Shown here piece after piece: positions 36,059 to 54,841 of a stretch of 64,000 nucleotides of DNA; the first letter of the stretch is position 1, and each line of letters begins with the position of its first letter. This stretch comes from Yuukianura sp. NJ FZ-2021 (Eukaryota). The notes beneath the pieces were generated by a model. The model searched no databases. It was not told the origin of the DNA and saw only the letters and a program-made list of their open reading frames with translations. The DNA lies in assembly GCA_046563655.1 (NCBI GenBank), contig CM102290.1, forward strand, positions 558,001 to 622,000. The letters are read 5' to 3'. A program made the position numbers and the translations under genes.

Positions 36059-39000
36059 TTAGAATGTGTCTAGAATGTTTTGATAGCTCGACGCAGGATC
36101 AAAGGAGTAGTCGTCACCCATCCCCTCCAGAAGAAGATTGAAATCAGATGAATCCGCTTCCGTTTTTAGCACAACCCCACCGCTGTCGTCTCCAGACCCA
36201 CCGATCTTCCCGTCGTTCTTGGTGGAATGTGTTAACCTTTGGTTCTGAGCGTATCCAAATCCACCACTCTGATGATTCGCTACAAAAGACATGCTCTGTT
36301 GCTGACTCACACCGGCTGAAACAAAAATGGACCAATCAGAACGCTAAGCGGGAAATTCAAAAATTTAAAATTTAAAATTGAGTGAACATGTGGCTGAGGT
36401 AATGTTTAACGACTGTCACTGTAGTCCCACAGTGTAGCCACTCTATGGCTGCAATGAGTGGCAACACTCCGCGGCAAATTATGTTGCCACTTTAGCTTAG
36501 GCTAGCATTAAGTGGCTACAAAAGATGCCACCAAGGTGTAACCGCCTATCGTAGCCACACGACTCAAGATGGCCGAAGTGGCTACCACTGTGCGGCTATA
36601 ATGACGGTTGTTAGTCTTTACCACGCACAGTGGGGAAACAGTCTTCCTTTTGAGACAAAAAATCACGTGTAACCTCTTGTCTCAAAAGTACGACTTTTTT
36701 CTACTGTGCCTCGCACAGTGGGAGATATAAAGGGAATGTGTTTCAGGTTTTCCATTCACTTTGCACGTAAAAGTTGAAACACATTCTCTTCTCATCTCCC
36801 GTAGTGCCTCGACCGAACTTACTAGAATGGAAATGTTGTTGTTGGTGAAACGACCTGGCGTGGTCTGGAAGAGCAGAATGTGGATGCCAAGTATTATCGT
36901 GGTGCTGGGAATGCGGTTGATTCTGATTGGAGATTCGGTTGTCCTGTCCTGGAAGTGGACAAGGAGGCCCTAAACGTCGTGGAGGAATGCCCATATGCTG
37001 TGGTCCCATCTGCTGATGATGATATCCGCCCGTGTCACCGATCAGCTGATGACGATGTCGTTGATTCGGACCTTGTCCAGGAACAAGAGAACTTCCATTG
37101 TGAAACCGGTTCATCATGTCACTTCCTGGAACATTTCCACCCATTCCTTCTCGCATCATCATTCGATGTTGAACTTCCAGTGGCACTCTGCTTCCTACAT
37201 CACTAATCTCTCCTTCACCTACATTTACACAAACAAAACGGTGGTTAGCCCAGATAAATGCAAAAGTGGTTAACATTTATCATACTTTACCTGACGGAAG
37301 ACGAAGAGGCTGTCTTGACCTGTCTATGTGGTGACCCACAAGTGATTGTTGCTGTGGATTCGGTATGACTCCCATCCGTCCTCCCATGGCTTGTTGTTGT
37401 TGAGGGTGTCCACTCTGGGATAACCTCAAATGTTGTTGTGTAAAGTTGATAGTCTGACCTTTGTCCTGTTGTGGTGCACCGGGAAAACAACCATCTGAGG
37501 CTGCTGCGTGGTAGTACTGGGAAGGCGGAAATGGCTGATGGTGGACCATCGGCAGCCCACCGCCTTTCAAGTCTTGGCCCATCGTCATCTGTGGCCCCTG
37601 AACAACAACGAAACATTTAGTTACCATTTTTAACAAATTATCTTTTATTCTAAACCGAGTGACATTAATACACCCCCCTCCATACTAGTAGGGGATTTGC
37701 GTTATAAATAATTTATAGAATTTATAGAAATTATAGAATTTACGGCGAATACTGACGTCACTTTTCAAATTTTTGGGATTTATTTTATAAATACGAGTAT
37801 AAGTTCCATAAATGAGAGAAGCTTGGAAAGTGACGTCACAGATTTGAAATCGACCAATAGGGAGAGCCGTAACAAAATGGGTTGCAGGGGGTGGAAAGAG
37901 GCGGGACTTCATAAATTTCATACTTCCTATAAATTCTATAAATTGTTTATAACGCAAACTCCCTAATAGCACATTCCTAAACGCCCACATGAAGTCACAA
38001 CCATGCACTATGCATTTACCAATGTTGAATTGTTTAGCAACATCTGGAATGCAGTGTGTCACTAAACACTTAACACACTTAATTAATTTATACTCGAATG
38101 TTATTGAATTTAGAGTGAAACTGAAACAGTACTGACCTGATGAACAGCAGAATGCTGCTGCTGGAGTGTCATTTGTTGGGAAGAGTTAATTTTGTGCTGC
38201 ATAAAAATGGGTTGGTTGGAAGGAGGAAAAGTGGTAGGCGGTGAAAAAGAGGTTCGATACGACGGAGGAAGCTGTGGATTGAGATGCGCTTGCGTGAAAG
38301 ACTTTGAATGCCCCATCGTTCCTGGAGATTTTGATCTTTTGGCCATAGCAATGAGGTCCACTGGACTTCTAGGATAAGTTGGACAGGCACCGTACATTGG
38401 GCCAGGATTCTCCTGCTTAACGACAACTCCATCTCCAGAGTGACATCTTACGTTGCGGAAGGCCGCTCCCGGCCCTGTAGGCACAAAATCCCCATTCATA
38501 GGAGAGTAAGGGTCACTGCCAAAGGGGGAGCGAACAGGAGACGAATTGGACTGAGGAGGCTGGGCCTGAAAGGCTCCAGCAATTTCAAGTTGTTTGTGTT
38601 GCTGCTGATGATGAGCGGCCATTTGTTTGAGAGTTTGGGCTGCAGGGCTGTCGTGACCCATGGTAGGAGACTCATATGGCATTCGAATATGTTTTGGATT
38701 TCCGGTTGTTGGAGAGACGGTTTGTGGGCAGTATGAAGCGTTGGGTGTGGAGCTGCGAGAAGTTGAATGATTCGTACCACTGGGGGATGAAGTCGGGTCA
38801 AACATATTTGGAACTTGCGGAGGTGTTTGGGATAAATGAGGACTGGCAGTGGAATTAGCTGCTGGACTTGGGCCTGGAAGGACAGAAAACGTTATGATGA
38901 CGAAAAATTAATCAAATTGTAACTTAACTTTGTACATTTGACTTACCTTCTTCTTGTTTGACATTCCGGGGTGAGAAAGTTACTGATGATGGAGTTATTG

Positions 39001-39928
39001 GTGTTCCATGGTAGTGAGAGGAGGAGTAACAAGATTGATTTGTACTCTGAGAGTGACGATCTTCATCAAAGTCAAAGTCTCCTATAAAGTCGGGATTAAG
39101 GTCGGCAACATCAAAGATGAGATCCTTGAGTGTATCTGACGGAATGTAACCGTCCGAAGTCCCCTCGATGTAACCCATGGATGTGGAAAATGAGGTGGTT
39201 CCATCTTTTTCCAGAGCTGCTGCACACTGGTCCAAATCTGCAAAGTTGGAAACATCATGGTTCTCTTGCTTCATGCAAATTTCGGGTGGAGCGACTGGAG
39301 CGCTGCCGTATCTGGGAGGTGTAGGAGCGGCCAACGCTGGAGAATCCTTTGGATTTGGCTTGAGATTCGACACTGGAGTGGAGCCATTCTTGACCTGGTG
39401 AACAGTATCTGCAGGGAACTTGGTAATTGACGTCGTCGTGTCGTTTTTTCGTTTCTTAAACGTTGGGGATGAACTGCCGTTGCAATGGCCCATTTTAGTT
39501 TGCTCGTGACCATTATGCTGCTCAGTCAGATCAATCTCTTCGCTACTACGGTCTCGTTTTGGCAATTTCGAGGCAGTCTATAAACAAAACAATGTTATGT
39601 TAATTTAAATTCGGAACTTTAAATTCCTTTTAACTAGTAATGGTGACGTTAAACTTACGTTTACAGTGCTTGTATTATTAGTATTCTGAGGTTCAGCTGG
39701 CGACGGTTGAGTAGTCGTTTTCTTGTCCGTTTTCTTCGATGACTTTTTTGCCCTTGGTTCCAGAAATCGTTGCCGTAGGTTGAGTGTATCCTGACGTTGT
39801 TGCTCATTAATTGAATTGAAGGTGTGTTCAAAACGAGGAATTGACTCCTCATGTCTCGCTCGATACTTTTCCATGCGACGTTGAGCCCTCTCCTGCTCTT
39901 GACCCTTCGTAAGAAGAATGTCACTCAT
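36059..39928 (-). CDS. mam: Mastermind (Notch transcriptional co-activator)
   Basis: The N-terminal basic helix ERAQRRMEKYRARHEESIPRFEHTFNSINEQQRQDTLNLRQRFLEPRAKKSSKKTDKK matches the Mam/MAML CSL-NICD-binding domain. It is followed by DLDQCAAALEKD and acidic blocks, an SPAAQTLKQMA motif, Q/P/G-rich regions and an acidic C-terminus. About six coding exons. Confidence 0.88.
36407..36613. mobile_element. Degenerate TIR element in the last mam intron
   Basis: TAACGACTGTCACTGTAGTCCCACAGTGTAGCCACT aligns with the reverse complement of AGTGGCTACCACTGTGCGGCTATAATGACGGTTGTTA. Internal TAGCCAC/GTGGCTA repeats. Confidence 0.6.
36626..36708. mobile_element. 83-bp Transib-like MITE (CACAGT termini, 5-bp GC-rich flanking repeat)
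   Basis: CACAGTG...TACTGTG termini with ~32-bp imperfect TIRs containing CTTTTGAGACAA. Flanks CCACG / CCTCG. Confidence 0.65.
37690..37964. mobile_element. ~275-bp MITE with AGGG...CCCT termini (PIF/Harbinger-like) in a mam intron
   Basis: AGGGGATTTGCGTTATAAATAATTTATAGAATTTATAG pairs with CTATAAATTCTATAAATTGTTTATAACGCAAACTCCCT. Flanks AGT / AAT. Confidence 0.75.
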
Positions 39929-40832
39929 CCTGTGTCCATTGGTAAATTGTTCCGGGGGATATGTCCAAAGGTGCCCAATTTGACTTTGTGACGAGGATGG
40001 ACGTCTCTGTCGCTGGCTCGAGAGATCTGTCTAGGAAGAGTAAATAACAACAAACGGAGGAAGGAAGAAGATGAAGATGAGATGAACGTGACGAGGAACG
40101 GATAGATCCCACACTCCAAGTAAGTACTCGTATGTTACCGTCGATGTTGAGATATACTCTTATAAAGATCTACTTGAACTAGGGATCATATGGGTTAGGT
40201 TGAACTCATCTCGTAGCGGAATACGAGGGTCCACCATATTAAAGTTCCATGATCATGATCATGATCCCGTTCCGAATCTCCTCCCTCGTCCACATCTTCT
40301 GTGCACTTCGTCATACGCATGCCATCGGCCACCCACCCAACTACATCTGAGTCAATTAATGGACGATGATGATGGGTACAGCGACACCAATCCATATGCT
40401 CAAGATAGGATTTCCCAATGACCCCTTACATTGACACCCCCACTTACTCTAAGCACACTCTAAGTGGAGACAATGGCATAACTTGCAGCATCTTTCCCCC
40501 AAACCCACAAAATCATTCGGAAAATTTGACAATTTCAATACAAAAGAGGAAGGCCAGCCAATGCTAAACTGAAATAAGCTAACGTCGTCACACCCACCTC
40601 AAAACGAAGTCAAAATAAAGTGACACATCACTACATTTGAGTTGGTTGTGGGTCTATCTACGAGCACAAGTCTACACACTCATTCTTTCTTTATTACCAC
40701 GTATGACGAATGAAAATGCTAAGGACTAAGTTGACAGAAGTTTTAAATCTAGGCTAATTGCATCGGCTGATGTCTCTCCCTCCTCCGTCGGCCATTCCTT
40801 CTCCTTCCGAAATCCAGTGATCTGTTCTTTCC

Positions 40833-41645
40833 TTAGTTCTTGGTATATAAGTAGATAGCTACAATAAGACCGTAGAGGCCAAGTACTTCAGCGAAGATCA
40901 AAATAAGGATCATGCCAACAAAGAGGCGAGGTTGTTGTGCAGTTCCTCTCACACCAGCATCTCCTACGATTCCAATGGCGTACCCAGCTGCTAATCCACT
41001 CAGACCAACTGACAGCCCAGCCCCCAAATGCAGGAACCCTCTGCAAAAATCAAAAGAATAACATTAGTGCCTACTATAACTAATTCTAAATTAGAATTCT
41101 TCAATGACTTTTGAATAACCTAGCCTACTAACATGGATTAACTAAAGAAAGTTAAGAAGCTTACTTGTAGGCGGCGTACTTCGCGGGTTCTTGTAGGGAT
41201 CCCGCAATGAGGACAGCCACGACCAAGCCGTAAATGGCAATGATACCTGCCATGACTACTGGAATGATACTTTTCATGATGAGTTCTGGTCTCATCACAG
41301 ACATTGCTGCAATACCCGTTCCGGACTTGGCGGTTCCATATGCAGCTCCGAGTGCTGGAATTACAAAACCATGATCTTATTATAACATTCTTATAATGTG
41401 TACATCTACATTAACTTCACTTTACGTCTACAACATCAAACAAGTTGTTTTTCCTTGGATAAGATACACGAGGCTAAGAGTAACGAGTAAGTGCAGTGGC
41501 CGCTGGAGGATCCACCCACTTAAACTGATTGTCTGATAAACACATGTACACATGTGACTTATGAGAACTTACCACTGAAGATCATGGCTGAGGCGGCCCC
41601 CATGACCCCAAAGAAGGGCCCGTAGATAGGATTAGTTTCTTCCAT
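40833..41645 (-). CDS. Vha16: V-type H+-ATPase 16 kDa proteolipid subunit c
   Basis: Three exons encode [24 protein letters not shown] / [50 protein letters not shown] / [58 protein letters not shown], including the conserved TM4 Glu. An AATAAA lies on the minus strand at 40690-40695. Confidence 0.97.
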
Positions 41646-43161
41646 TGTGATTAGTGTTACCTAAGGGTGCTACAGTTCCTTAACTTATGATTAGTGTTGA
41701 GTAAGAGGTGTTAAGGAGAGTACTTAATTGGTAACTTCTTGAATGACGAACGTATGGAATGTGTGTGTGGTGAGTGAGAGAGACTAGAACTGAGAGCGTA
41801 GAGATGTTCTTCGTTCGTGGGGTGTTGGCTCCGGACTTTTTAATCCCAAATGTTTCCAACTGGTTTTACACTGGTTTCTGGACAGACTTTCTCTATTCAC
41901 TACTACTGCAGAGCAGCTTTCAACCACCTACCTCCCTAGTAGCTCCTAGTCAAACGCAGGTCGACCCCTCAAGGCCTTCACCACCCAACCCACTCACCCA
42001 CTCGCGGCCCCACCAATCACAAACCCACCCGCCAAACTCGGCCGCACCACGTACGAAACTTCACGAGCGTCAATTCAGATCGCGGATAACACGTCGGAGT
42101 GACTATTCCTCAGAATCGTGTGTTAGGATTTCTAACCATAACAATTCTGAGGATTAGACTTTTTCCACTCCGCGGTTATACCGTGTTCTGAATTCATTCA
42201 CATTCCACAACCCGCGTCCTTCCTAATGTTCCTTTTAATGTCAATTCGTCCGTCAATCGTCCAGAAACTAGACTCCACATTGATGAAAAACCAATGATTA
42301 AAAGTGAAATAATTATTGGAATTATTATATTATTTATATTAATCCTATATTCTGGCAATTATTGCTACGCTACAGGTGAGAATCTTGCTTTTACAGTGGT
42401 CAGTTTGTTACTAAACCTTAGATACTATTAGGTACAAATTAACAAATTAATTTAGGACTACGAATCCGAAACGTTTTCAAAACTATTAAGAATTTCAAAA
42501 AAGAATTAAATTCGCCCCGCGACATATCCGCACCCCCTGTTGCACACATGAGATCAAAATCACTTCGATCCAAAATATTCGAAAAAGGATCAGATATCGG
42601 TATCCCATATGCCGATCAAAATCATACGTTGAAGGCAAGTTATATTAACCCGGACTAATCGTGCGTATTAGATTTAATTTCGATGTAATTCAGAAGAATA
42701 GAAGAAATTCCACAATTTGTGGAACAAACTTTGGTAAGTGGTCATACGTTTTTACAATCACTGATAAAATAGTATTTTGTAGATTAAAGAAAACTGAAGC
42801 GTTTCATCTGATTGTTAGTAGGAGCAAGAAATGCTGATGGGTGGTGTGCAAATTTTTTATTTTCTTTTTCCATGTGCTTCACTTTCACATCAACGCAACT
42901 TTTGCAATTAATTTGTTTACTGAGTTACTTAATTTGCAATTAATTGTGTGACAAAGACCTGTAAATTTAGATCCGGGAATCACTTTCTAAATGTAAATAT
43001 CAATTTAATTACTGGGTTGATCGTTGATTTTTAGTTTTGTGTGAGAGGCCTTCCGGCACTCTTCTAAACAAAGCGAGGTAAAAGTTCATGGTTTTTTCTT
43101 TTTTTTTATAGGCAGAACACTGACCGAAGGAGTTAATTGAAGGAATAGTGACCGAGTCAAC

Positions 43162-46100
43162 ATGGCTGTCGCTTCGTATCAGGTAAGATGAATTGAACGA
43201 TGTTCTATGGACTGGTTGGTTTTTGGTGATACGTCAACGGTTATTAATCTCGCGACTTTGTGTTTTTTTCTAAATTTCTTTTTTCTTGCAGTTGGAAACA
43301 TTGATAGGATCCGTTTATAGAAAGGGGAACGTCGTATTTCTACCTACCAGTGGAGACACTGTTCTTAGTCCAGTTGGCAACAGAATTAGTGGATTCGATT
43401 TGAAGAAGTAAGACTTCAACCATAATAAAGAATTGAACATCATGGACCGGCTTTTCTATTTTTGTTCAAATTTGCAGTTATGTCGCCAGTACAATTTCGG
43501 TGGAGAGCAGCCACAATTATGTCACCATGCACGTTTCGCCTAATGGAAAATTACTCATTGCTGGAAACGAGAGTAATTTTCAAATATGTCTATAAGTTAC
43601 TGATACTCACGCCTGGGAACTAATTTCTCTTTGTTTATTGTTTGTTGCATTGGCAGTTGGTGAAATTCACGTAATTAGTCTCGAGTCGAAGAAATTACTT
43701 CACTTGCTCAAAGTCGGCCAGCCACCAATTGCTATTAGGTTCTCACCAAACGGGATGTATTTTGCTGTTCTCAAACAAAGTTCAGGTAGATTCATACATA
43801 GCAAACTATGTAGTTAATCGATAAATTTCAACATTTGTTTATGTTTCAGTTGTTATTTATGAGTCACCTTCTGCCCTTGAAAATACTAACCCTTATTACA
43901 TGAAGAGAGTATTCTCTGATTTCGCTGATTCCCCAACATCAGTGGACTGGTCATACGATTCCAAGTAAATTACATTAGTTAGCAGATACTTTTTTTGCTT
44001 GCAATCTTTCTGTTTTTCAGAAGCATTTAGCCAACTTAACTATTTCTTATTTCGTTTCAGATTAATTGGAATTGGTGGAAGAGATAACTGTATTCGGGTT
44101 TATCCGATGGACAAATATGCCAACTTCGTTCCAGTAACATTCACGGGACATTCAGATGTAATAGTCAACCTATTTTTCGAATCAGACAGTTACGATTTAC
44201 TGTCACTGAGCAAGTAAGACTTTTTAAAATTTTGAAATTAGAATCTAAAATTTCAAAAATCCAAGTTAACTTGTTTCAGAAACGGACAACTGTGTAAATG
44301 GGAATGTTCAGGAACTGAACTTTTCGCATACGTTGAAAAACGTGACCTTTCTGAAGCATTGAGTGATGACGAAATTGTGGATAGACAGAAACTGGAAGCC
44401 GTTTCTAGAAAAAGTAACAAAGTTTCACAGTTTAATCACATCAATCCTGTTTTTAATAATTTTGATTTCTTTGTAGAGAAACATGCCAAAGGAAACAAAG
44501 TTCCTGCTAAGAAGATGGAGGAACACAACGATACTTCAGTTCGTGAACGGCCACTATTTTTTAAGAAAACTGCTCGTCTGTACTTCTCTGATTTATTCAA
44601 AGACCAAAAACGAGCTGATCTCACTTGTGTCGACTACAACAAAAGTACGAAAGTGCTTGTTACGGGTTTTGCCAATGGCATGTTCGCTCTGCACCAGCTA
44701 CCCGAATTCACGCTCGTCCAAATCCTCAGGTAATCAATTAACTTTCAATCAATTGATTCCGTAGCACATCATTACCGCGAAAACAATAAGCACTTTGGAT
44801 TCCCAATAATCAAGGTTCTTTGACAACGAAAAGTTAATTTTCTTTAACAGGTTGGCTCCTACCTCGCATGGCGACAAAAAAAAACATTTAAACTTTTTAA
44901 CAAATTAACAAAAAAGAAACAGTACCAATTTAGTCCTAATCCGAAAAATTGGTACCAATTCGCATGCAAAATTAAAAAAAAAAATAGCTGTATTGTTATG
45001 ACTATGATACCCCGAAGTGAGAAGATATTTTTTTTTGCAAAATCAAAAAAAAAAAACATGAGGTATTACCCAACCCGTTAAAGAAAATGAAAAGTCAACA
45101 AACCTTGCCCTGTAATCATGTTAATGAACTGCTTCTTGTTTGTTCTACAGTCTCGATGAACAACAGATTTCTACAGTGTCCATGAATAAGTCCGGAGATT
45201 TGATTGCCTTTGGATGCTCTAACCTTGGTCAACTGCTGGTGTGGGAATGGATTTCGGAGACTTACACTCTAAAACAACAGAGTCACTTTGACACTATGAA
45301 TGTCTGTGAGTACTCTCCGGATGGGTCAAAGATTGCCACTGGAGGCGAAGATGCAAAGGTCAAAGTATGGGAAGCGGACTCTTCTTTTTGCTATGTCACG
45401 TTTAGTGAACACACAAGTGCAGTTACTGGCATTGCCTTCTCTAGTAACGGAAAAGCCGTTCTGTCTTCGTCTATCGACGGAACCGTTCGTGCCTTCGACT
45501 TGGTACGGTACCGGAATTTCCGAACTTTCACGTCACCAACACCAGCACAATTTAGTTGTGTCGCTATTGACTCAAGTGGTGACATTGTTGCCGCTGGATG
45601 TCTCAATCTTTTCGACATTTTTGTATGGTCTCTCAAAACTGGGCGACTCATTCAGGTAACTAACCAGTCCATCATTAGTATGAAGTTCATTTTGAACACG
45701 GTTTGTTGAGTTTGATTTTTTTTAACAGGTTGGGTAATTCCTCATGTTTTTTTTTTTTGAAAATTAAAAGTGCTTTTCATTTCAGGGCATCGTAGTCATA
45801 ACATAACTATACAGCCGAATTTTTTAAATTTTGCATACGAATTGGTAGCGACTTTTCGGATTGGTACTAAAATTGGTACCAATTTTTTTTTTCGTTTTTC
45901 TGTCAACAAGCGAGGTAGTATCCAACCTGCTAAAGAAAATTAACTTTTCGTTGTCAATGAACCTTGATTCTGAATGTTAAAGTGAACTGAAATTTTGTTA
46001 GGTGCTGTCCAAACATACTGGTCCAGTATCCAATCTAAAGTTTAATCCGACTCCAGGAAACAGTCAGCTGGCATCGGCAAGTTGGGATAAATCACTTCGA

Positions 46101-47489
46101 ATCTGGGATATTCTCGGAGATGCAACACCAACAGTTACAACGGAATTTGGATCTGAAGGTAAGTTCTTGATTGGTTGAAAAACGTTTGAGATTCGTTTCA
46201 AAATTTTGAATCGTTGGTAGTAACGTGTTTGGCGTTTCGACCGGATGGAAAGCAACTTGTTGTGGGAACATTAGATTGTCAGCTGACTTTCTGTAGTTCA
46301 GAAAGTTCTTCAGAATTTGGAAGCATCGATGGGAGGAATCATTTGGGCGGAGGACGCTCCGATCATGACAAGATTACAGCACAGAAGAGTCTTCAAGGAA
46401 AAAGTTTTCGGTGTTTGGCCTACTCTCCAGATGGATCATATGTTCTGGCTGGTGGTCAGTCTAAAACGATATGTCTGTACAGTGCAGAACGACAGTTACT
46501 CCTACGCAAATTTGAAATTACGCAAAACAAGTCTTTGGACTGCATGAATGTAAGTAACTCCGAAAAATTAGTGAAATGTTTCATATAATTGATTGATGAT
46601 TTTTCAGGAATTTGTCCATCATCGGAAACTGACTGAATTTGGAAACATGGATTTAGTGGAGCAGCGAGGAGATGGAGACGCAGTGACTCTTCCTGGCGTA
46701 CGACGAGGTGACTTGTCTTCACGTTCGACTAAACCCGAAGTCCGGTCTTCTTGTATCCAATTTTCCCCTGCTGGAGATTCCTGGATTGTGGCAACAACGG
46801 AAGGACTCTTTCGCTATGCGCAAGGCTCCAAGAAAGTTTTCATGCCGTCCGATTCGGATGAATCAATTACACCATCGAACATACTTGAAACTGTGGAACA
46901 TGGAAAATATGACCTTGGTGGGTTCAAAATTTAAGTTAATTAGCTTAACAAACTGAACTAACTATTTTTATGTTACGTCCTAGCGGTAATCATGGCTCTT
47001 CGTCTCAACATGCCGGACTTGAGCAGAGAAGTTATTGAAAAAATTCCACTCACTCATGGTAAGACTGAAGTAATTGAATATTTAGCATAAGAGTTATAAG
47101 TTAGTTGAGGATTTGTTTGTACTTGTGATTCAGTTGATGCTGTTTGTTCGTCGATTCCTTACAAGTACCACGCTGCATTCCTTCAGCTGATCAGCAATGG
47201 ACTAGGAAAATCTAGGCATTTGGAATTTTTTCTCATTTGGTGCGAGAAGTTTCTAGCCCTTCATCTCCTGACATGGCAAAAAGGGAAGGACAATGGCCTT
47301 CTAAGTGCTCTCACTTCTGTACAGAAAACTGTCACTCGAGTCATGGACTCCTCTTTGTAAGGACGTTGAAAATTACAATGGTTTTCAGTATTTCGTCAAT
47401 TCAATTGATGTTTGTTTCTTTCCAGAGCAAATCACAACAAATATTCGGTCGAGTATTTTCTCAAGTTGGGCAAAATTAAGGATCGGTGA
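43162..47489 (+). CDS. PWP2: Periodic tryptophan protein 2 (UTP1), WD40 SSU-processome component
   Basis: N-terminus MAVASYQ|LETLIGSVYRKGNVVF...SPVGNRI. Characteristic segments GQLLVWEWISETYTLKQQSH, YSPDGSKIATGGEDAKVKVW, DGTVRAFDLVRYRNFRTFTSP, LLRKFEITQNKSLD and LPGVRRGDLSSR. Utp12-like C-terminus SRHLEFFLIW. Stop TGA at 47487-47489. Confidence 0.93.
44811..45107. mobile_element. CAAGG-MITE family A copy (PWP2 intron)
   Basis: CAAGGTT...AACCTTG termini. Flanks CCCAATAAT / CCCTGTAAT (7/9). Confidence 0.88.
45697..45966. mobile_element. CAAGG-MITE family A copy, inverted relative to 44811-45107 (PWP2 intron)
   Basis: CACGGTTTGTTGAG...GTTGTCAATGAACCTTG. Flanks ATTTTGAA / ATTCTGAA (7/8). Confidence 0.88.
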
Positions 47490-47923
47490 AACTTCTGGAC
47501 TGAAGAGATGCAGAGTTGATGGGATCTTTTACTATGAAATCCATAATTAGCTTTTTATGTGTTAAGTTATGACAATAAACAGATTATTTTACTAATTATG
47601 AAATTCAATTACAATTATAATTATTTCCATGGTCGCTTTGTTATGCTCATATTGTTCTCACTATTTGCCAATGGTTTTGCGTGTGAGAATCGCCACGCGG
47701 TTTCGGTGATCAACACTTTTGGTTTGATCGAATATCGCAGCTCATCTCCCTCCTTGTCCTTCCAGAAGAATCGGCGGTGGTGGGAATTTTTCGATCATTT
47801 TCAATCATTTTTGTGTCGGTGTGACCCCTTGACTCGGAGTACTTCAGTACTAGTTGGCCTTGACGCAACGACAACTTGACGTTGTTCTCGTGTGGTAATC
47901 ATTGTCACCCTCATACTTGTACG

Positions 47924-50401
<2,478 letters not shown>

Positions 50402-50634
50402 ACTTTAGTCTCCTAATTTACAAACTATAAAGTTGGCTACGTTTTTCTAAAAATCTTAAAACTCTGATTCCTTTTTGTACCACATTTCCTAAATATCCTA
50501 CACTCCTTGTAATACTTTGAAGTTTCAAAACTTCAAATAAAAGTTTAAAAAGTTAAATGGGCTGGTTTTTAATGAACAATGAAATTTAAACCGCAATTAG
50601 TTCCTAAACTGAATTCAAAAGTCGGCGCCTTTTT

Positions 50635-54324
<3,690 letters not shown>

Positions 54325-54593
54325 GGTATGTGGATGAGGTTAGGTAGCTGCTTGGTGTCAAAAGAACGATTGAGGATCCAATCTGGAATGACCAGCAGAT
54401 TCGCTAACATTATAAGATCCGAGTGGGGAAGTACTGGTGGTCACCATGACCTCTTAGTATAGAAACCTACACAAAAAGTCAAGAAATTGGACAGGGTTGG
54501 GTTGTCGTACCCTCCCAACCACTTGGGCAATGAATCAATTCATTAACATTTTTAAACAAGGAAAAGTCAATCGGCTAGTACTCTGGGTAATGT

Positions 54594-54841
54594 AAAGGTT
54601 TGTTGACTCGTGATTTTCTTTAACAGGTTGGGTAATACCTCATGTTTTTTCGATTTAGCAAGAAAAGTATCTTTTCATGTCGTGTATCGAAACAGTAGAG
54701 CTAATTTTTTGAAATTTTGCATACGAAGTGGTTTCAATTTTTGGGATTGGGGCTAAATTAATACTAATTTTTTTTTGTCAACAAGCGAAGTGGTACCCAA
54801 CCTGTTAAAGAAAATTAACTTTTCGTTGTCAAGGAACCTTG
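54594..54841. mobile_element. CAAGG-MITE family A copy (upstream of TDO)
   Basis: AAAGGTTTGTTGAC...GTTGTCAAGGAACCTTG. Flanks GGGTAATGT / GGGTAGAGT (7/9). Confidence 0.88.

Noticed and set aside
41541..41560. CATGTG E-box in a Vha16 intron as a Mitf/TFEB M-box
   Set aside because: It lacks the 5' T of the canonical TCATGTG, and a single hexamer is expected by chance.
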